Assembly: GCA_963705505.1 (NCBI GenBank)
Contig: CAVPJU010000006.1
Location: forward strand, 640,001-704,000
Length of the DNA: 64,000 nt
Direction: 5' to 3'
Origin: an uncultured bacterium
Lineage (GTDB): Bacteria > Desulfobacterota_D > UBA1144 > Nemesobacterales > UBA2774
Within the stretch, counting starts at the first letter, position 1. Each line of letters opens with the position of its first letter. Shown here one piece after another: positions 8,755-18,373 of the stretch. The notes under the pieces were generated by a model that saw nothing but the letters and a program-made list of their open reading frames with translations, searched no databases and was not told the DNA's origin. Both the position numbers and the translations under genes were made by a program.

Positions 8755-10680
8755 TTATTCGTGGGGGAAATTATATGCCAATCTAAGCTCGCGCAGCATC
8801 GACATCTTTTTGAGTTGATGCGTTTCCATTCTTTTCAATATATTATCCAGCGCTTTTAAAGCCTCCAGGATGTGGGGGCCCTTATTCAGCATTACGCATT
8901 CGGCGCGGTGTCCCATGGCTGCGTCCGTGATTTCTGCTCTCGTCGGTGAGCCCTGTTTCGCAAGGCTTTCAAGCACCTGAGTTGCCCAGATGGCGGGGAC
9001 ATGTGCCGCTTCGCATAACCATAATATTTCTTCCTGAACTTCGGCAAGACGCTCGAACCCCGATTCTACAGCGAGGTCCCCCCGGGCAATCATGACCCCG
9101 CAGCATGCGCTTTTCATCGCTTCAAGGAGCATTGCCGGCAGGTTCTCGAACCCGCGCCGTGTTTCAATTTTCAGTACTATGGAAGGCTCGGCCTTACCTA
9201 TCCGTTTTATATGCCGTATTAGTGATTTTACGTCTTCTGCTGTATTTGCGAATGACATTGCTACTATATCGGCGTTTTCCACGATAAATTCCAAAATGGG
9301 AATATCGTTTGACGTCAGCGCGGGCAGGTTGAGCTTGCTTTCGGGCAGGTTTATGCCTTTGTCGCTCCCTAGCTTGGCTGTCGGAGAATTCGTATGAGTG
9401 ATGCGTATCCGGAGGCCCTTATCTGTTTTTTCCTCTACTACTCCGCCAATTTTGCCGTCATCGAACCATACGTGCTCGCCCGCTTTAACATCGTCCAGTA
9501 TCTCGGGTATCGTGCAGCCGATTTCCGCGGGAGATACCACAATCCCGTTTATATCGCGTTCAGCGGGACGGCCAGGCGTTAAATTTCCGGTGAGAACGAG
9601 CAGGTCGCCGGGATTGAGGGATATGGAATTTTCCCGAGGGGGGAAACTGCATACCTCGATATCGCGTTTTTTAGTAGCGCCCGTCCTATGACAGTGGAGC
9701 AATGTGCCCGGGGTTATATAAGCTGTCTTAAGCGCCTCCGCCCTGTATCCATCATCCGTCTGTTCCGTGATCTTCATCGAACGTCTGGCCCCGCGCGCAT
9801 CGACGAATCTGATCGTATCGCCGACTCGGAGCTTTTTGAGCCATTCCGGCGGTACGGGTAAGACTGTTTCGGTTGTTGATATGTGTGGAAGTTCTGTTCC
9901 TTCTGCGGATGTGAGTAATACATTGGCCGGTTTTGTTACCTTACCGTAGGTATCCCGCTCCGGGCGGTATTTTATAACCGAAGGTCCTGGACTGATCGGA
10001 CCTGTGCGCAGTTTAGGGCCGGGTATATCCATAATTACCATGCAGGGTTTCCCGGTTTCCTCCCTAGCGCGGCTCAGGTTCTCGATCATCCGAGACCACT
10101 TTTCCGGATCGTCGTGCGCACAATTGATACGCATACAGTCCATGCCGTTATTCAGGAGACCGAGGACGAGTCCGTAATCCTGAGCGGCATCGCTCGGCAT
10201 CGTCACCATTATATGGACGTTCCGCCCCTGCGTTATAGGACCGAGGAGAGCCTTGGTGTGTTTTTCAAGCAGATGCCTTGCGGATTTGAAATCGAGTCTG
10301 TCCGTGTCATCGCCTGTAATTTGAACGGGGAAATCGGCGAGGCGGGATAAAGTAAGCAGTACGGCATCGATTGTTGCTAAAACGTGTGATTCGGAGCGTC
10401 CGAGCGATGAAAGCCCGAGCTCCGCTAATTCTGACTGTAGCGCTCTCAGGTCATGGCGCCTGAAGGCTAAATAGTGCAGCAGGTTCTTTGCGCTCTCCCT
10501 GTAAGTCGGATCGAGGTCCTGTAACATACCCTTTGAGTTATCGGCGAAGCACAGCATTTCCCCGCGAATCTCGCTTAACTGCTGGATCAGATGCAGGAGT
10601 TCCTTTTGTGATTTGCTGAGATCGCTTTTGGTCGAAATACTTATTCCGGCGATATCATCGTGCTTATTTCGAGATTTCAT
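8755..10680 (-). CDS. pyk: Pyruvate kinase, long atypical form
   Basis: RINCAH, DIPGPKLRTG, KGINLP, KIET, MIARGDLAVE, ATQVLES, PTRAEITD, ECVMLNKG. Confidence 0.9.
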   Translation of the reverse strand: MKSRNKHDDIAGISISTKSDLSKSQKELLHLIQQLSEIRGEMLCFADNSKGMLQDLDPTYRESAKNLLHYLAFRRHDLRALQSELAELGLSSLGRSESHVLATIDAVLLTLSRLADFPVQITGDDTDRLDFKSARHLLEKHTKALLGPITQGRNVHIMVTMPSDAAQDYGLVLGLLNNGMDCMRINCAHDDPEKWSRMIENLSRAREETGKPCMVIMDIPGPKLRTGPISPGPSVIKYRPERDTYGKVTKPANVLLTSAEGTELPHISTTETVLPVPPEWLKKLRVGDTIRFVDARGARRSMKITEQTDDGYRAEALKTAYITPGTLLHCHRTGATKKRDIEVCSFPPRENSISLNPGDLLVLTGNLTPGRPAERDINGIVVSPAEIGCTIPEILDDVKAGEHVWFDDGKIGGVVEEKTDKGLRIRITHTNSPTAKLGSDKGINLPESKLNLPALTSNDIPILEFIVENADIVAMSFANTAEDVKSLIRHIKRIGKAEPSIVLKIETRRGFENLPAMLLEAMKSACCGVMIARGDLAVESGFERLAEVQEEILWLCEAAHVPAIWATQVLESLAKQGSPTRAEITDAAMGHRAECVMLNKGPHILEALKALDNILKRMETHQLKKMSMLRELRLAYNFPHE

Positions 10681-10704
10681 ACCATCACCCGAACCTTCTT
10701 GAAA

Positions 10705-10759
10705 ATGATACCAGACTATTGTTAATTTTCAGTGAAGAATCTGATTAATCTTTAGTGAT
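10705..10759 (-). promoter_or_regulatory. Pho-box-like direct-repeat array and -10 box of pyk
   Basis: Minus strand ATCAC/TTAAT/TTCAC/TTAAC at 11-12 bp spacing, then 10 nt, then TATCAT. Confidence 0.45.
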
Positions 10760-10779
10760 AAGGAACGGATTTGCAGGGG

Positions 10780-10851
10780 TGGCGACGGGTGGAATCGAAC
10801 CACCGACACGGGCCTTATGAGAGCCCTGCTCTGCCCCTGAGCTACGTCGCC
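10780..10851 (-). tRNA. tRNA with CAT anticodon (most likely elongator tRNA-Met; Ile2 not excluded); CCA not encoded
   Basis: GGCGACG/CGTCGCC acceptor stem, GCTC/GAGC D stem, GGGCT-CTCATAA-GGCCC anticodon arm, GGTTCGATTCC T arm. Confidence 0.93.
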
Positions 10852-11173
10852 CGGATATGAGTCAGAATACCGAAATAATATAAAAATGATGCGCTATTTC
10901 AGGTGAAATATGCACCCTGGCAAGCTCAAACCAAAGTCCAAAAATATATCACGGGTCGATTAACTTTCAAGCTATAGTCTCATGACACGACTCCGGAATC
11001 GAATTGCAAGGCGATGAAAGCCGGTTTAAAATCCGAATATTACAGAAATTTATAGCCCCGCAGGACAATTTCTCGGAGCTCAATTATTATATGGTTGCAG
11101 TAGCTTACGACGATTTTTAATTATTTGAAAATATACCCTTGACATCTTAAGTAAAATACTTTATTTTTATTAC

Positions 11174-11259
11174 TAATCTTAAACGCAAGACTTAACAAAT
11201 CATCCTCCATCCTCCTTTAAAAAGGGAATGCTCGCGACAATGTCCGGGCATTCCCTTTT
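11174..11259 (+). ncRNA. Candidate small RNA with tandem anti-SD motifs
   Basis: TTGACA(11139)-17-TATTTT promoter, ATCCTCCATCCTCCTTT, then strong terminator; no + strand ORF; 5' end inferred. Confidence 0.45.
11220..11259 (+). terminator. Intrinsic terminator, potentially bidirectional
   Basis: AAAAGGGAATGC...GCATTCCCTTTT inverted repeat. Confidence 0.75.
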
Positions 11260-11440
11260 GTGTTTAAAATCGACTCTTTTTGAATTTTCCCCGGACAATG
11301 TGCTCTAATTCTCCTCGCCGGGTTACCTATAGTATTAAGGGCATTAAGCGGGCATATGTTTTTTCTGAAAAAACCGGATTTAGCGGGTAATATATAGTAC
11401 GTTCTGAAAAATTTTATCCCGTTTCTTCAATCAGATTGAT

Positions 11441-12049
11441 ATGAATAGAAAAAAGTTGCTCTACGTTCTGATAGCCGTGTTGTTTCTGATACTCGCCGGC
11501 TGGGGCATTTTAGTCTTTGAGATGTTTTCTATTAAGCATAAATCCAGCTTCTACGGCAGCCCTTACGATATGAGAGCCCCCGATTTCACATTGACCGATC
11601 AGGACGGGGCGAAGGTGAGTCTCCATGACTTCAAGGGGAAAGTCGTGTTTATCTTTTTCGGCTACACCCGCTGTCCCGATATTTGCCCCCTAACGTTGTC
11701 TGCGTTAAACGGCGTCGTAAACGAGCTCGGGAAAGATAAAGATAATGTAAAGGTCATATTTATAACCATAGACCCCGAAAGGGATAATCAGGAAGCGCTC
11801 AAGAAGTACGTTTCTTTTTTCAATAAAGGTTTTATCGGTCTCACGGGCACACCCGACGAAATTAAAACGGTATCCGACTCTTACCACGCATTCTATATCA
11901 AAGAGGAAACCGACTCGGATTCCGGATACCTCATGGGTCATACTTCTTCGGTATATCTCATAAACCCCGACGGACGTATCATTCTAAGATATCCGCAGAG
12001 CAAGATGGATCCCAAGGAAATAGCTAAAGATGTAAAAAGGGTTTTATAG
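11441..12049 (+). CDS. SCO family copper chaperone
   Basis: N-terminal TM anchor, FGYTRCPDICP (CxxxC), DPERD, conserved His in MGHT. Confidence 0.95.
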   Translation: MNRKKLLYVLIAVLFLILAGWGILVFEMFSIKHKSSFYGSPYDMRAPDFTLTDQDGAKVSLHDFKGKVVFIFFGYTRCPDICPLTLSALNGVVNELGKDKDNVKVIFITIDPERDNQEALKKYVSFFNKGFIGLTGTPDEIKTVSDSYHAFYIKEETDSDSGYLMGHTSSVYLINPDGRIILRYPQSKMDPKEIAKDVKRVL

Positions 12050-12124
12050 GATTTGTTCCTGAAAGATGTCCCTGAAAAATACGGAATGTGATACAAAGAA
12101 AACGCTGCGCCGCTTCTATCTGTC

Positions 12125-12592
12125 CTAAAGCTCTTTAGCTTTTATGTGTGAAGGCTCTAACTCAAGCGTGTCGGAAGAGTTCTTCTTCGAATCGATTACC
12201 GCGGGCTCAGTCATTAATTTCTCCACGCGTTCGTTCATCGCGCACCTGCCGTTGTAAATTCCCCCTTCCTCGACTATGAGTGTTTCTATGAATATGTCCC
12301 CCGTCACTATGCCGGTACTCTTTATCTCGAGTTTTTCCGAATCGATAATACCTTCGATCTTCCCGTAAACTATTATTTCCGAGGCTTTAACCTCACCCGT
12401 AATTAATCCGTGCTCCCCGACGATTATAGTATTTTCGCCCGATATCTTGCCTTTTAATTTTCCGTCTATCCTGGTCGAGGAGGTGGTTGAGACGTTCCCT
12501 TCGAAGATACATTCTTCCCCGATGGATGTCGTAAAGTGATTTATTTCCGGCTTTGGAGGTTTCACGCCTTTTTTCTTGTCGAACATGCCCAT
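12125..12592 (-). CDS. Bactofilin (polymer-forming cytoskeletal protein)
   Basis: SIGEECIFEGNV..RIDGKLKGKI..IVGEHGLITGEV..GIYNGRCAM beta-helix repeats. Confidence 0.92.
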   Translation of the reverse strand: MGMFDKKKGVKPPKPEINHFTTSIGEECIFEGNVSTTSSTRIDGKLKGKISGENTIIVGEHGLITGEVKASEIIVYGKIEGIIDSEKLEIKSTGIVTGDIFIETLIVEEGGIYNGRCAMNERVEKLMTEPAVIDSKKNSSDTLELEPSHIKAKEL

Positions 12593-12594
12593 GC

Positions 12595-13425
12595 TTATTT
12601 CAGCGATAGAAAATTGGAGGGGTTAACCCTTTTACCATCTTTTATCACTTCATAATGAAGGTGCGTACCGGTGGACCTACCGGTGCTCCCCGCTTTTCCT
12701 ATCACTTCCCCCACTTTTATTTTCTGGCCTTCTTCCACCGTAATTTTTGAAAGGTGTCCGTAGATCGTCTCGAAGCCGTCTTCATGCTGGAGCACGATGG
12801 TTTTCCCGTAGCTGCCCTGCCAACCCGTCTTTTCCACAACGCCGTCGGCAGTCGCAACAACAGGGTCGCCGTACTTCGCATCGATGTCTACGCCCGAGTG
12901 GAATCCGATTCTCGAATTGAAAGGGTCTTTTCTGTATCCGAAACCCGAGTTGATTTTCCCTTCCAGAGGCGTACCCACGGGCAGGTTTTTCATTGTGTTG
13001 AATAATTCGTCGATGTCTTTTTGTATATAGTCGATGTAGGATATGCTCAACCTGTCAGCCGGTATAAATTCTCCCCCTACCGCGAGGTCTTTCTTTATGC
13101 CTTTTTTGTCGAGCATTACCTGCATTTCCAGGAGCTTATCCTCGATATCTTTCATCCTGACTCTGAGGTTTGTCTCGGTCGTTTTGTTGACTATTAAATC
13201 CTGACTGAGCGTATCGATGGTATTTGCCAGGTGTTTTACGGACCTTGTCTTCGATTCGGATGCTTTGTAGAAAGTATAGGTCGATGCAAATGAAATCAGT
13301 GAAACTACGGTAAAAAATATGAAGCTGAAAGAAAATATTTTTAGGTGAGAGATTTTTAAATTTAGCGCTTTCGGACCTTTGCTGCCTGGAGTGATCAGCA
13401 TGATCGTAAGGTGATCCTTATCCAT
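12595..13425 (-). CDS. M23 family metallopeptidase with N-terminal TM and coiled coil
   Basis: HSGVD (HxxxD), YGHL, GSTGRSTGTHLHYEV. Confidence 0.95.
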   Translation of the reverse strand: MDKDHLTIMLITPGSKGPKALNLKISHLKIFSFSFIFFTVVSLISFASTYTFYKASESKTRSVKHLANTIDTLSQDLIVNKTTETNLRVRMKDIEDKLLEMQVMLDKKGIKKDLAVGGEFIPADRLSISYIDYIQKDIDELFNTMKNLPVGTPLEGKINSGFGYRKDPFNSRIGFHSGVDIDAKYGDPVVATADGVVEKTGWQGSYGKTIVLQHEDGFETIYGHLSKITVEEGQKIKVGEVIGKAGSTGRSTGTHLHYEVIKDGKRVNPSNFLSLK

Positions 13426-13802
13426 ATCCCACTCCTCTTTAATTATTAGGTAACCAGACCCACCGGGTTACCGGACAAAGAATTTGCCAATCCGTGCCGG
13501 ATTTGCAGAATTCCAATCATACATATATTCACCATGAAATTCAACCCCGTATTTAATTTCTTCCATAACCTTCGAAAAACGCAGTCCCGGTGGCGGATTG
13601 GGCTGGTGAATGACCCTTCTGACCATTCGTCCGGCATTCGAAGACCTTATGATGCCGTCGGTCTTGCGGCGAAATACGATTATGGATAATATGGTAGTAT
13701 TTATCTTGGATAGCGGGTCGTTCTTTAATTCATAAAAAAGAATTGAAATATCCGAAAGGTTCACCCGGGGAATTAATTTTGAAGTATTGAGGGCAGAGGG
13801 AT

Positions 13803-14609
13803 ATGGGAAAGGTCATATGTGTGGCGAATCAGAAAGGCGGTGTAGGTAAAACTACTACGGTCATCAATCTTGCTGCATCGCTTGCGGCTGCGCAAAAGAA
13901 AACGTTGTTCATCGATTTCGATCCGCAGTCCAATGCTACTAGTGGTGTTGGGATTAACAAGGATGAAGTGACGAAAAGTATTTACGATGCGATAATAGGG
14001 GATGTCGATATAAGGGATATAATCATCGACATCGAGCCCGAATCCCTCAAGGGGTACTTGACCGTAGTCCCCGCGAGTCCGGACCTCACTGGAGCCGAGA
14101 TCGAGCTTATACATCTCGAAAACAGGGAATGGAAACTCAAAGAGGCGATCAGTACCATCGCAGAAGAGTATGATTATATTTTTATAGACTGCCCTCCTTC
14201 CCTGAGCCTGCTGACTGTGAATGCGCTCACTGCTGCGGATTCCGTACTGGTCCCGGTACAGTGTGAGTACTACGCGCTCGAAGGGCTCGGTCAGCTTAAA
14301 CGCACGATTTCCCTGATAAGGCAGAGAATCAATCCGGATCTCAAAGTCGAGGGTTATCTGCTCACGATGTTCGATTCGAGGAATAAAATCTGCCACGTCG
14401 TTGCAAACGAGCTGAAGACATACTTCAGCGAAGAGGTATTCGAAACGATTATTTACAGGAACGTAAGGCTTGCCGAATCTCCGAGCCACGGTAAGCCCAT
14501 TTTGCTCTACGACATCAAATCGATCGGAGCACAGACCTACATCTCGCTTGCACAGGAAATCATCGCGAGAAACGGAGGGGAAATAGTTGAAAAAAGCCAC
14601 GCTGGGTAG
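13803..14609 (+). CDS. parA: Chromosome partitioning ATPase ParA/Soj
   Basis: NQKGGVGKTT, DFDPQSNAT, IDCPPSL, PVQCEYYALEG, RLAESPSHG. Confidence 0.96.
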   Translation: MGKVICVANQKGGVGKTTTVINLAASLAAAQKKTLFIDFDPQSNATSGVGINKDEVTKSIYDAIIGDVDIRDIIIDIEPESLKGYLTVVPASPDLTGAEIELIHLENREWKLKEAISTIAEEYDYIFIDCPPSLSLLTVNALTAADSVLVPVQCEYYALEGLGQLKRTISLIRQRINPDLKVEGYLLTMFDSRNKICHVVANELKTYFSEEVFETIIYRNVRLAESPSHGKPILLYDIKSIGAQTYISLAQEIIARNGGEIVEKSHAG

Positions 14610-15426
14610 AGGGCTCGATGCTCTGATACCGAAAGAGACTAAAGAGCAGGGACTGACGCTCCTCAGCATCAACGAGATCAGGCCGAATACACTCCAGCCG
14701 AGAAAGGACTTCGACGATACCGCTATAATCGAGCTTACGGCCTCCATTAAGGAGAAGGGCATCCTGCAGCCGATTGTCGTGCGGCAGGCGGGTAACGGAT
14801 TCCAGATAATCGCCGGCGAAAGGCGGTGGAGGGCTGCACAGAGGGCCGGTATCACCAGGGTGCCGGTAATCATAAAAGACGCTTCCGACAGGGAGGCCCT
14901 CGAGCTCGCTCTAATTGAAAACCTTCAGAGGGAGGACCTGAACCCGATTGAAGAGGCTTCGGGTTACCAGCACCTGATAGACGAGTTCGGACTCACACAC
15001 GAAGAGGTCTCATCCCAGATCGGTAAAGACAGGTCGACGATTACTAACCAGCTCCGTCTGTTAAAACTGTCCGAGGAAGCGAAGCTCGCCCTTATCGAGG
15101 GGGAGATAACCGCGGGACATGCGCGCGCCCTTTTGAGCCTTCAGTCGCTTTCGGAGGCGAGCGCGGTGCTTTCCGCAATCCGCAAGCAAAAGCTGTCGGT
15201 CAGAGGAACCGAAAGCCTTATCCGGAGGATGACCCGGGAAAAGAAATCCGAATCAAAGCCTGTAAGCGCTGACCCTTACATAGAGCGGATTACGGATGAT
15301 CTGAAGGGGTCGCTGAGCACGCAGGTTAGAATTATATATAATAAGGGCAAAGGCAGAATTGAAATCGATTATTACTCGGACGACGAGCTCGAGAGGCTGG
15401 CGTCAATCTTACTGGGAAATAAATAA
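14587..15426 (+). CDS. parB: Chromosome partitioning protein ParB/Spo0J
   Basis: LGRGLDAL, QPRK.F, IIAGERRWRAA, ENLQREDLNPIEEA, HTH. Confidence 0.96.
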   Translation: MKKATLGRGLDALIPKETKEQGLTLLSINEIRPNTLQPRKDFDDTAIIELTASIKEKGILQPIVVRQAGNGFQIIAGERRWRAAQRAGITRVPVIIKDASDREALELALIENLQREDLNPIEEASGYQHLIDEFGLTHEEVSSQIGKDRSTITNQLRLLKLSEEAKLALIEGEITAGHARALLSLQSLSEASAVLSAIRKQKLSVRGTESLIRRMTREKKSESKPVSADPYIERITDDLKGSLSTQVRIIYNKGKGRIEIDYYSDDELERLASILLGNK

Positions 15427-15458
15427 TAAGGGTATCCAAGGGTATCCGGGAAAATCGT

Positions 15459-15710
15459 ATGAAGGAGTTCAAAGTCAAAGTTGAAGTGAGGCTGAAGGCA
15501 GTGGTTCTGGACCCTCAGGGCAAATCCGTCCTGTCGGCTCTTAACAATCTCGGGTTCGAGGAGGTGCGGGACGCGAGGGTCGGAAAACTTATCGAGCTCA
15601 GGATAATGGACGGCGATGCCGAGAGCGTAAGGAAGCGGGTAGGCGATATGTGCAGCAAGCTGCTTTCGAATCCGGTGATCGAGGATTTCGTTGTAAATGT
15701 CGAGGAATAA
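15459..15710 (+). CDS. purS: Phosphoribosylformylglycinamidine synthase subunit PurS
   Basis: [23 protein letters not shown]. Confidence 0.95.
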   Translation: MKEFKVKVEVRLKAVVLDPQGKSVLSALNNLGFEEVRDARVGKLIELRIMDGDAESVRKRVGDMCSKLLSNPVIEDFVVNVEE

Positions 15711-15711
15711 T

Positions 15712-16431
15712 ATGTATAAATTCGGCGTCATAGTATTTCCAGGCTCCAACTGCGATCACGACAGCTACCATGTAATCAAGCACGTGCTGGGACAGAGCTG
15801 CGAATTCGTATGGCATGAGGATGTGAACCTGAGCGGATTCGACTGCATTATTATCCCGGGCGGCTTTTCCTACGGGGATTATTTGAGAACGGGAGCTATC
15901 GCGAGTCTATCCCCGATTATGGATTCCGTAGAGAAATTCGCATCGCGCGGAGGGCCGGTCATAGGGACTTGCAACGGGTTTCAGATACTAGTAGAAGCGG
16001 GCCTACTTCCGGGCGTGCTCATCAGGAACTCTTCTCTCATGTTCGTATGCAGGTGGGTAAACATAAGGGTGGAAAATAATAAAACCGTATTTACCGGGAA
16101 TCTGAAAGCGGGGGACGTGCTCAGAATGCCCGTGGCTCACGGTGAAGGGAGCTATTACTGCACCGGGGATGTATTGAAATCGCTCGAAGAAAATTCGCAG
16201 ATCGTGTTCAGGTATTGCGACGGGGAGGGCAGAGTGACGCAGGAATCCAATCCGAACGGCTCCGTCGAGAACATCGCGGGGATATGCAATAAGGCCGGAA
16301 ACGTGCTCGGAATGATGCCGCACCCCGAGAGGTGCTCGGAGGAGATACTCGGGGGCTCGGACGGGAGATTCATATTCGAATCTGTAGTCTCATGGCTCGG
16401 GCTCGGAAAGAAGACGAAGAGTAAAGCATAA
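15712..16431 (+). CDS. purQ: Phosphoribosylformylglycinamidine synthase subunit PurQ
   Basis: [37 protein letters not shown]; start moved to the ATG after SD GAGGA. Confidence 0.96.
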   Translation: MYKFGVIVFPGSNCDHDSYHVIKHVLGQSCEFVWHEDVNLSGFDCIIIPGGFSYGDYLRTGAIASLSPIMDSVEKFASRGGPVIGTCNGFQILVEAGLLPGVLIRNSSLMFVCRWVNIRVENNKTVFTGNLKAGDVLRMPVAHGEGSYYCTGDVLKSLEENSQIVFRYCDGEGRVTQESNPNGSVENIAGICNKAGNVLGMMPHPERCSEEILGGSDGRFIFESVVSWLGLGKKTKSKA

Positions 16432-16449
16432 CGACCGGAAGAGTAAAGC

Positions 16450-16596
16450 ATGACGAAGATACTGTTACTCGCTTTAATAATAATGATTGCTTTTTGGCTT
16501 GGAAAAATGTCTGCTGAGGGGAAGCGGAAGAATATTGCCGGAAGGAATGCCGAGCCGGAAAACCCGGTCATAGACATAAAAGCGGAAGATAAGTGA
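16450..16596 (+). CDS. Small (48 aa) single-pass membrane protein, not in the ORF track
   Basis: MTKILLLALIIMIAFWLGKMSAEGKRKNIAGRNAEPENPVIDIKAEDK; purine-rich GGAAGAG upstream, directly after purQ. Confidence 0.6.
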   Translation: MTKILLLALIIMIAFWLGKMSAEGKRKNIAGRNAEPENPVIDIKAEDK

Positions 16597-16770
16597 CCCG
16601 CTGCCGCCGGGGCTTCATCAATACTCCTCAATAACGCAATCAAATGTAGAGTATAGTTTGCAGGCTTTTTCAAAAGTAGAGTCAGTTTGTGCACATCATG
16701 CCCTTATGGTACTCTTAAGATTGAAATTATTTATATTTTAAAGGGGGATAGTGGGAGAGGCCGCTGAGAA

Positions 16771-17007
16771 ATGGAGACTCGCAAGATCGATAACCAGATA
16801 GATATTACCAAAGAGATTTGCCCTATGACGTATGTAAAGACCAAGCTCAAGCTTGAAACTATGTCCCCGGGACAGGTGCTTGAAGTTACACTCAGGGATG
16901 GTGAGCCGTTAATGAACGTACCCAGGAGCGTAAAGGCCGAAGGACATAAAATTCTGGATGTCCGCCAGGAGGGCGAATTCTACAAACTTCTTATTGAGCG
17001 TCGTTGA
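16771..17007 (+). CDS. TusA/SirA-family sulfur carrier
   Basis: ID...EICPMT (CPx motif), GQVLEV, NVPRSV..EGH; 78 aa. Confidence 0.88.
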   Translation: METRKIDNQIDITKEICPMTYVKTKLKLETMSPGQVLEVTLRDGEPLMNVPRSVKAEGHKILDVRQEGEFYKLLIERR

Positions 17008-17954
17008 TGGATTTTTCCTTAGCCAGAAAGAAATCACTGGACACGAGACTTAAAAGAGCCGGTTCCGTAATTGATTTAGTCGGGGATACCCCGCTTATCA
17101 AATTGACTCATGTTACCGAACATCTGAGTCCGGGGGTGGAGGTGTATGCCAAGGCGGAATGGTTTAATCCGGGGGGCTCCGTAAAGGACAGGCCCGCGCT
17201 CTGGATGATTCTTGACGGAATCCGCACAGGCAATCTCACACCCGATAAAATCCTCATGGATTCCTCTTCCGGGAACACGGCTATTGCCTATGCCATGATA
17301 GGCGCCGCGCTCGGATACAAGGTCGAGCTCGTAACGCCTGAGAATATAAATATTGAAAGAAAAAAGACACTCCAGGCTTTCGGATCCAGGATTATATATT
17401 CCGATCCCCTTGAAGGCTCGGACGGGGCTATCAGGCTTGCAAGGAAGCTCAAGGCTGAAAACCCGGAAAAATATTTCATGCCCGATCAGTATAATAACCC
17501 CGAGAACCCGAAATCCCATTACGAGGGCACAGCGGTCGAGATATGGGAGCAGACTAAGGGGAGGGTGACGCACTTTCTTGCCGGGCTCGGCACGAGCGGG
17601 ACTTTCATGGGCACGTCGAAAAGGCTTAAGGAGCTGAACCCGGATATAACTGTGATCGCCGTTGAACCCGCCGAAGCCCTTCACGGGCTCGAAGGGATGA
17701 AGCATATGCCTACTTCGATAGTCCCGGGGATTTACGATTCCGCGTACCCTGATGAACTGATCAGAGTTACGACAGAAGACGCATATGATCTCATGAAGGA
17801 CCTGCTGAAAAAAGAGGGCATTTTCATAGGGCATTCGGGGGGCGCTGTCGCCTTTGCGACACTGGAGTACGCGAAGAAACTTAAAGAAGGGGTGCTTGTC
17901 ACAGTTTTCCCGGACGGCGGATACAGGTATTTGAGCGGGGGCATATGGTGGTAA
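17007..17954 (+). CDS. PLP-dependent cysteine synthase family protein (CysM-like)
   Basis: KAEWFNPGGSVKDR, SSGNT, DQYNN, GLGTSGT, PDGGYRYLS; ATG overlaps the tusA stop. Confidence 0.92.
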   Translation: MDFSLARKKSLDTRLKRAGSVIDLVGDTPLIKLTHVTEHLSPGVEVYAKAEWFNPGGSVKDRPALWMILDGIRTGNLTPDKILMDSSSGNTAIAYAMIGAALGYKVELVTPENINIERKKTLQAFGSRIIYSDPLEGSDGAIRLARKLKAENPEKYFMPDQYNNPENPKSHYEGTAVEIWEQTKGRVTHFLAGLGTSGTFMGTSKRLKELNPDITVIAVEPAEALHGLEGMKHMPTSIVPGIYDSAYPDELIRVTTEDAYDLMKDLLKKEGIFIGHSGGAVAFATLEYAKKLKEGVLVTVFPDGGYRYLSGGIWW

Positions 17955-18361
17955 AGATTCGTAAGTCCGTTTATGACGGGATAATCAAGCACGCGGAGTC
18001 GGGTTTCCCTTATGAGGTTTGCGGAGTGCTTATAGGCGCCGGCGGAGAGATTACACATTACAGGGAATGCAGGAACCTCAATACGGAAAGGGCTCACGAC
18101 CGATACGACATGGACCCGGTTTCATTTAAGGAAGCTGACGAGTGGGCCAGGGGGGACGGTTTGGAGATAGTCGGGATTTATCACTCTCACCCCGACCACC
18201 CCTCATTTGCCTCCGAAACGGACAGACAGAGGGCTTGGCCCGAATGGGTGTATATGATTTTCTCGATAAACGGCGGTAAATACAATGATGCAAGGGCCTG
18301 GGTACTCGAGGACTTCGATTCCAGGTTTATAGAAGAAGCTGTAGAATTATCGGATGGGTGA
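17945..18361 (+). CDS. JAB/MPN+ (M67) metallopeptidase, Mec-like
   Basis: PYEVCG and YHSHPDHPSFASETD JAMM motif. Confidence 0.92.
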   Translation: MVVKIRKSVYDGIIKHAESGFPYEVCGVLIGAGGEITHYRECRNLNTERAHDRYDMDPVSFKEADEWARGDGLEIVGIYHSHPDHPSFASETDRQRAWPEWVYMIFSINGGKYNDARAWVLEDFDSRFIEEAVELSDG

Positions 18362-18373
18362 GAGGTAACAACA

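Noticed and set aside
2026..10780. Genomic island integrated at the tRNA 3' end
   Set aside because: Gene content looks accessory, but I found no integrase and no duplicated tRNA 3' end
13773..14873. 366-aa minus-strand ORF and other long antisense ORFs (e.g. 31151..32038, 17076..17834, 60225..60857)
   Set aside because: They overlap clearly identified genes on the opposite strand and have no recognisable motifs; shadow ORFs
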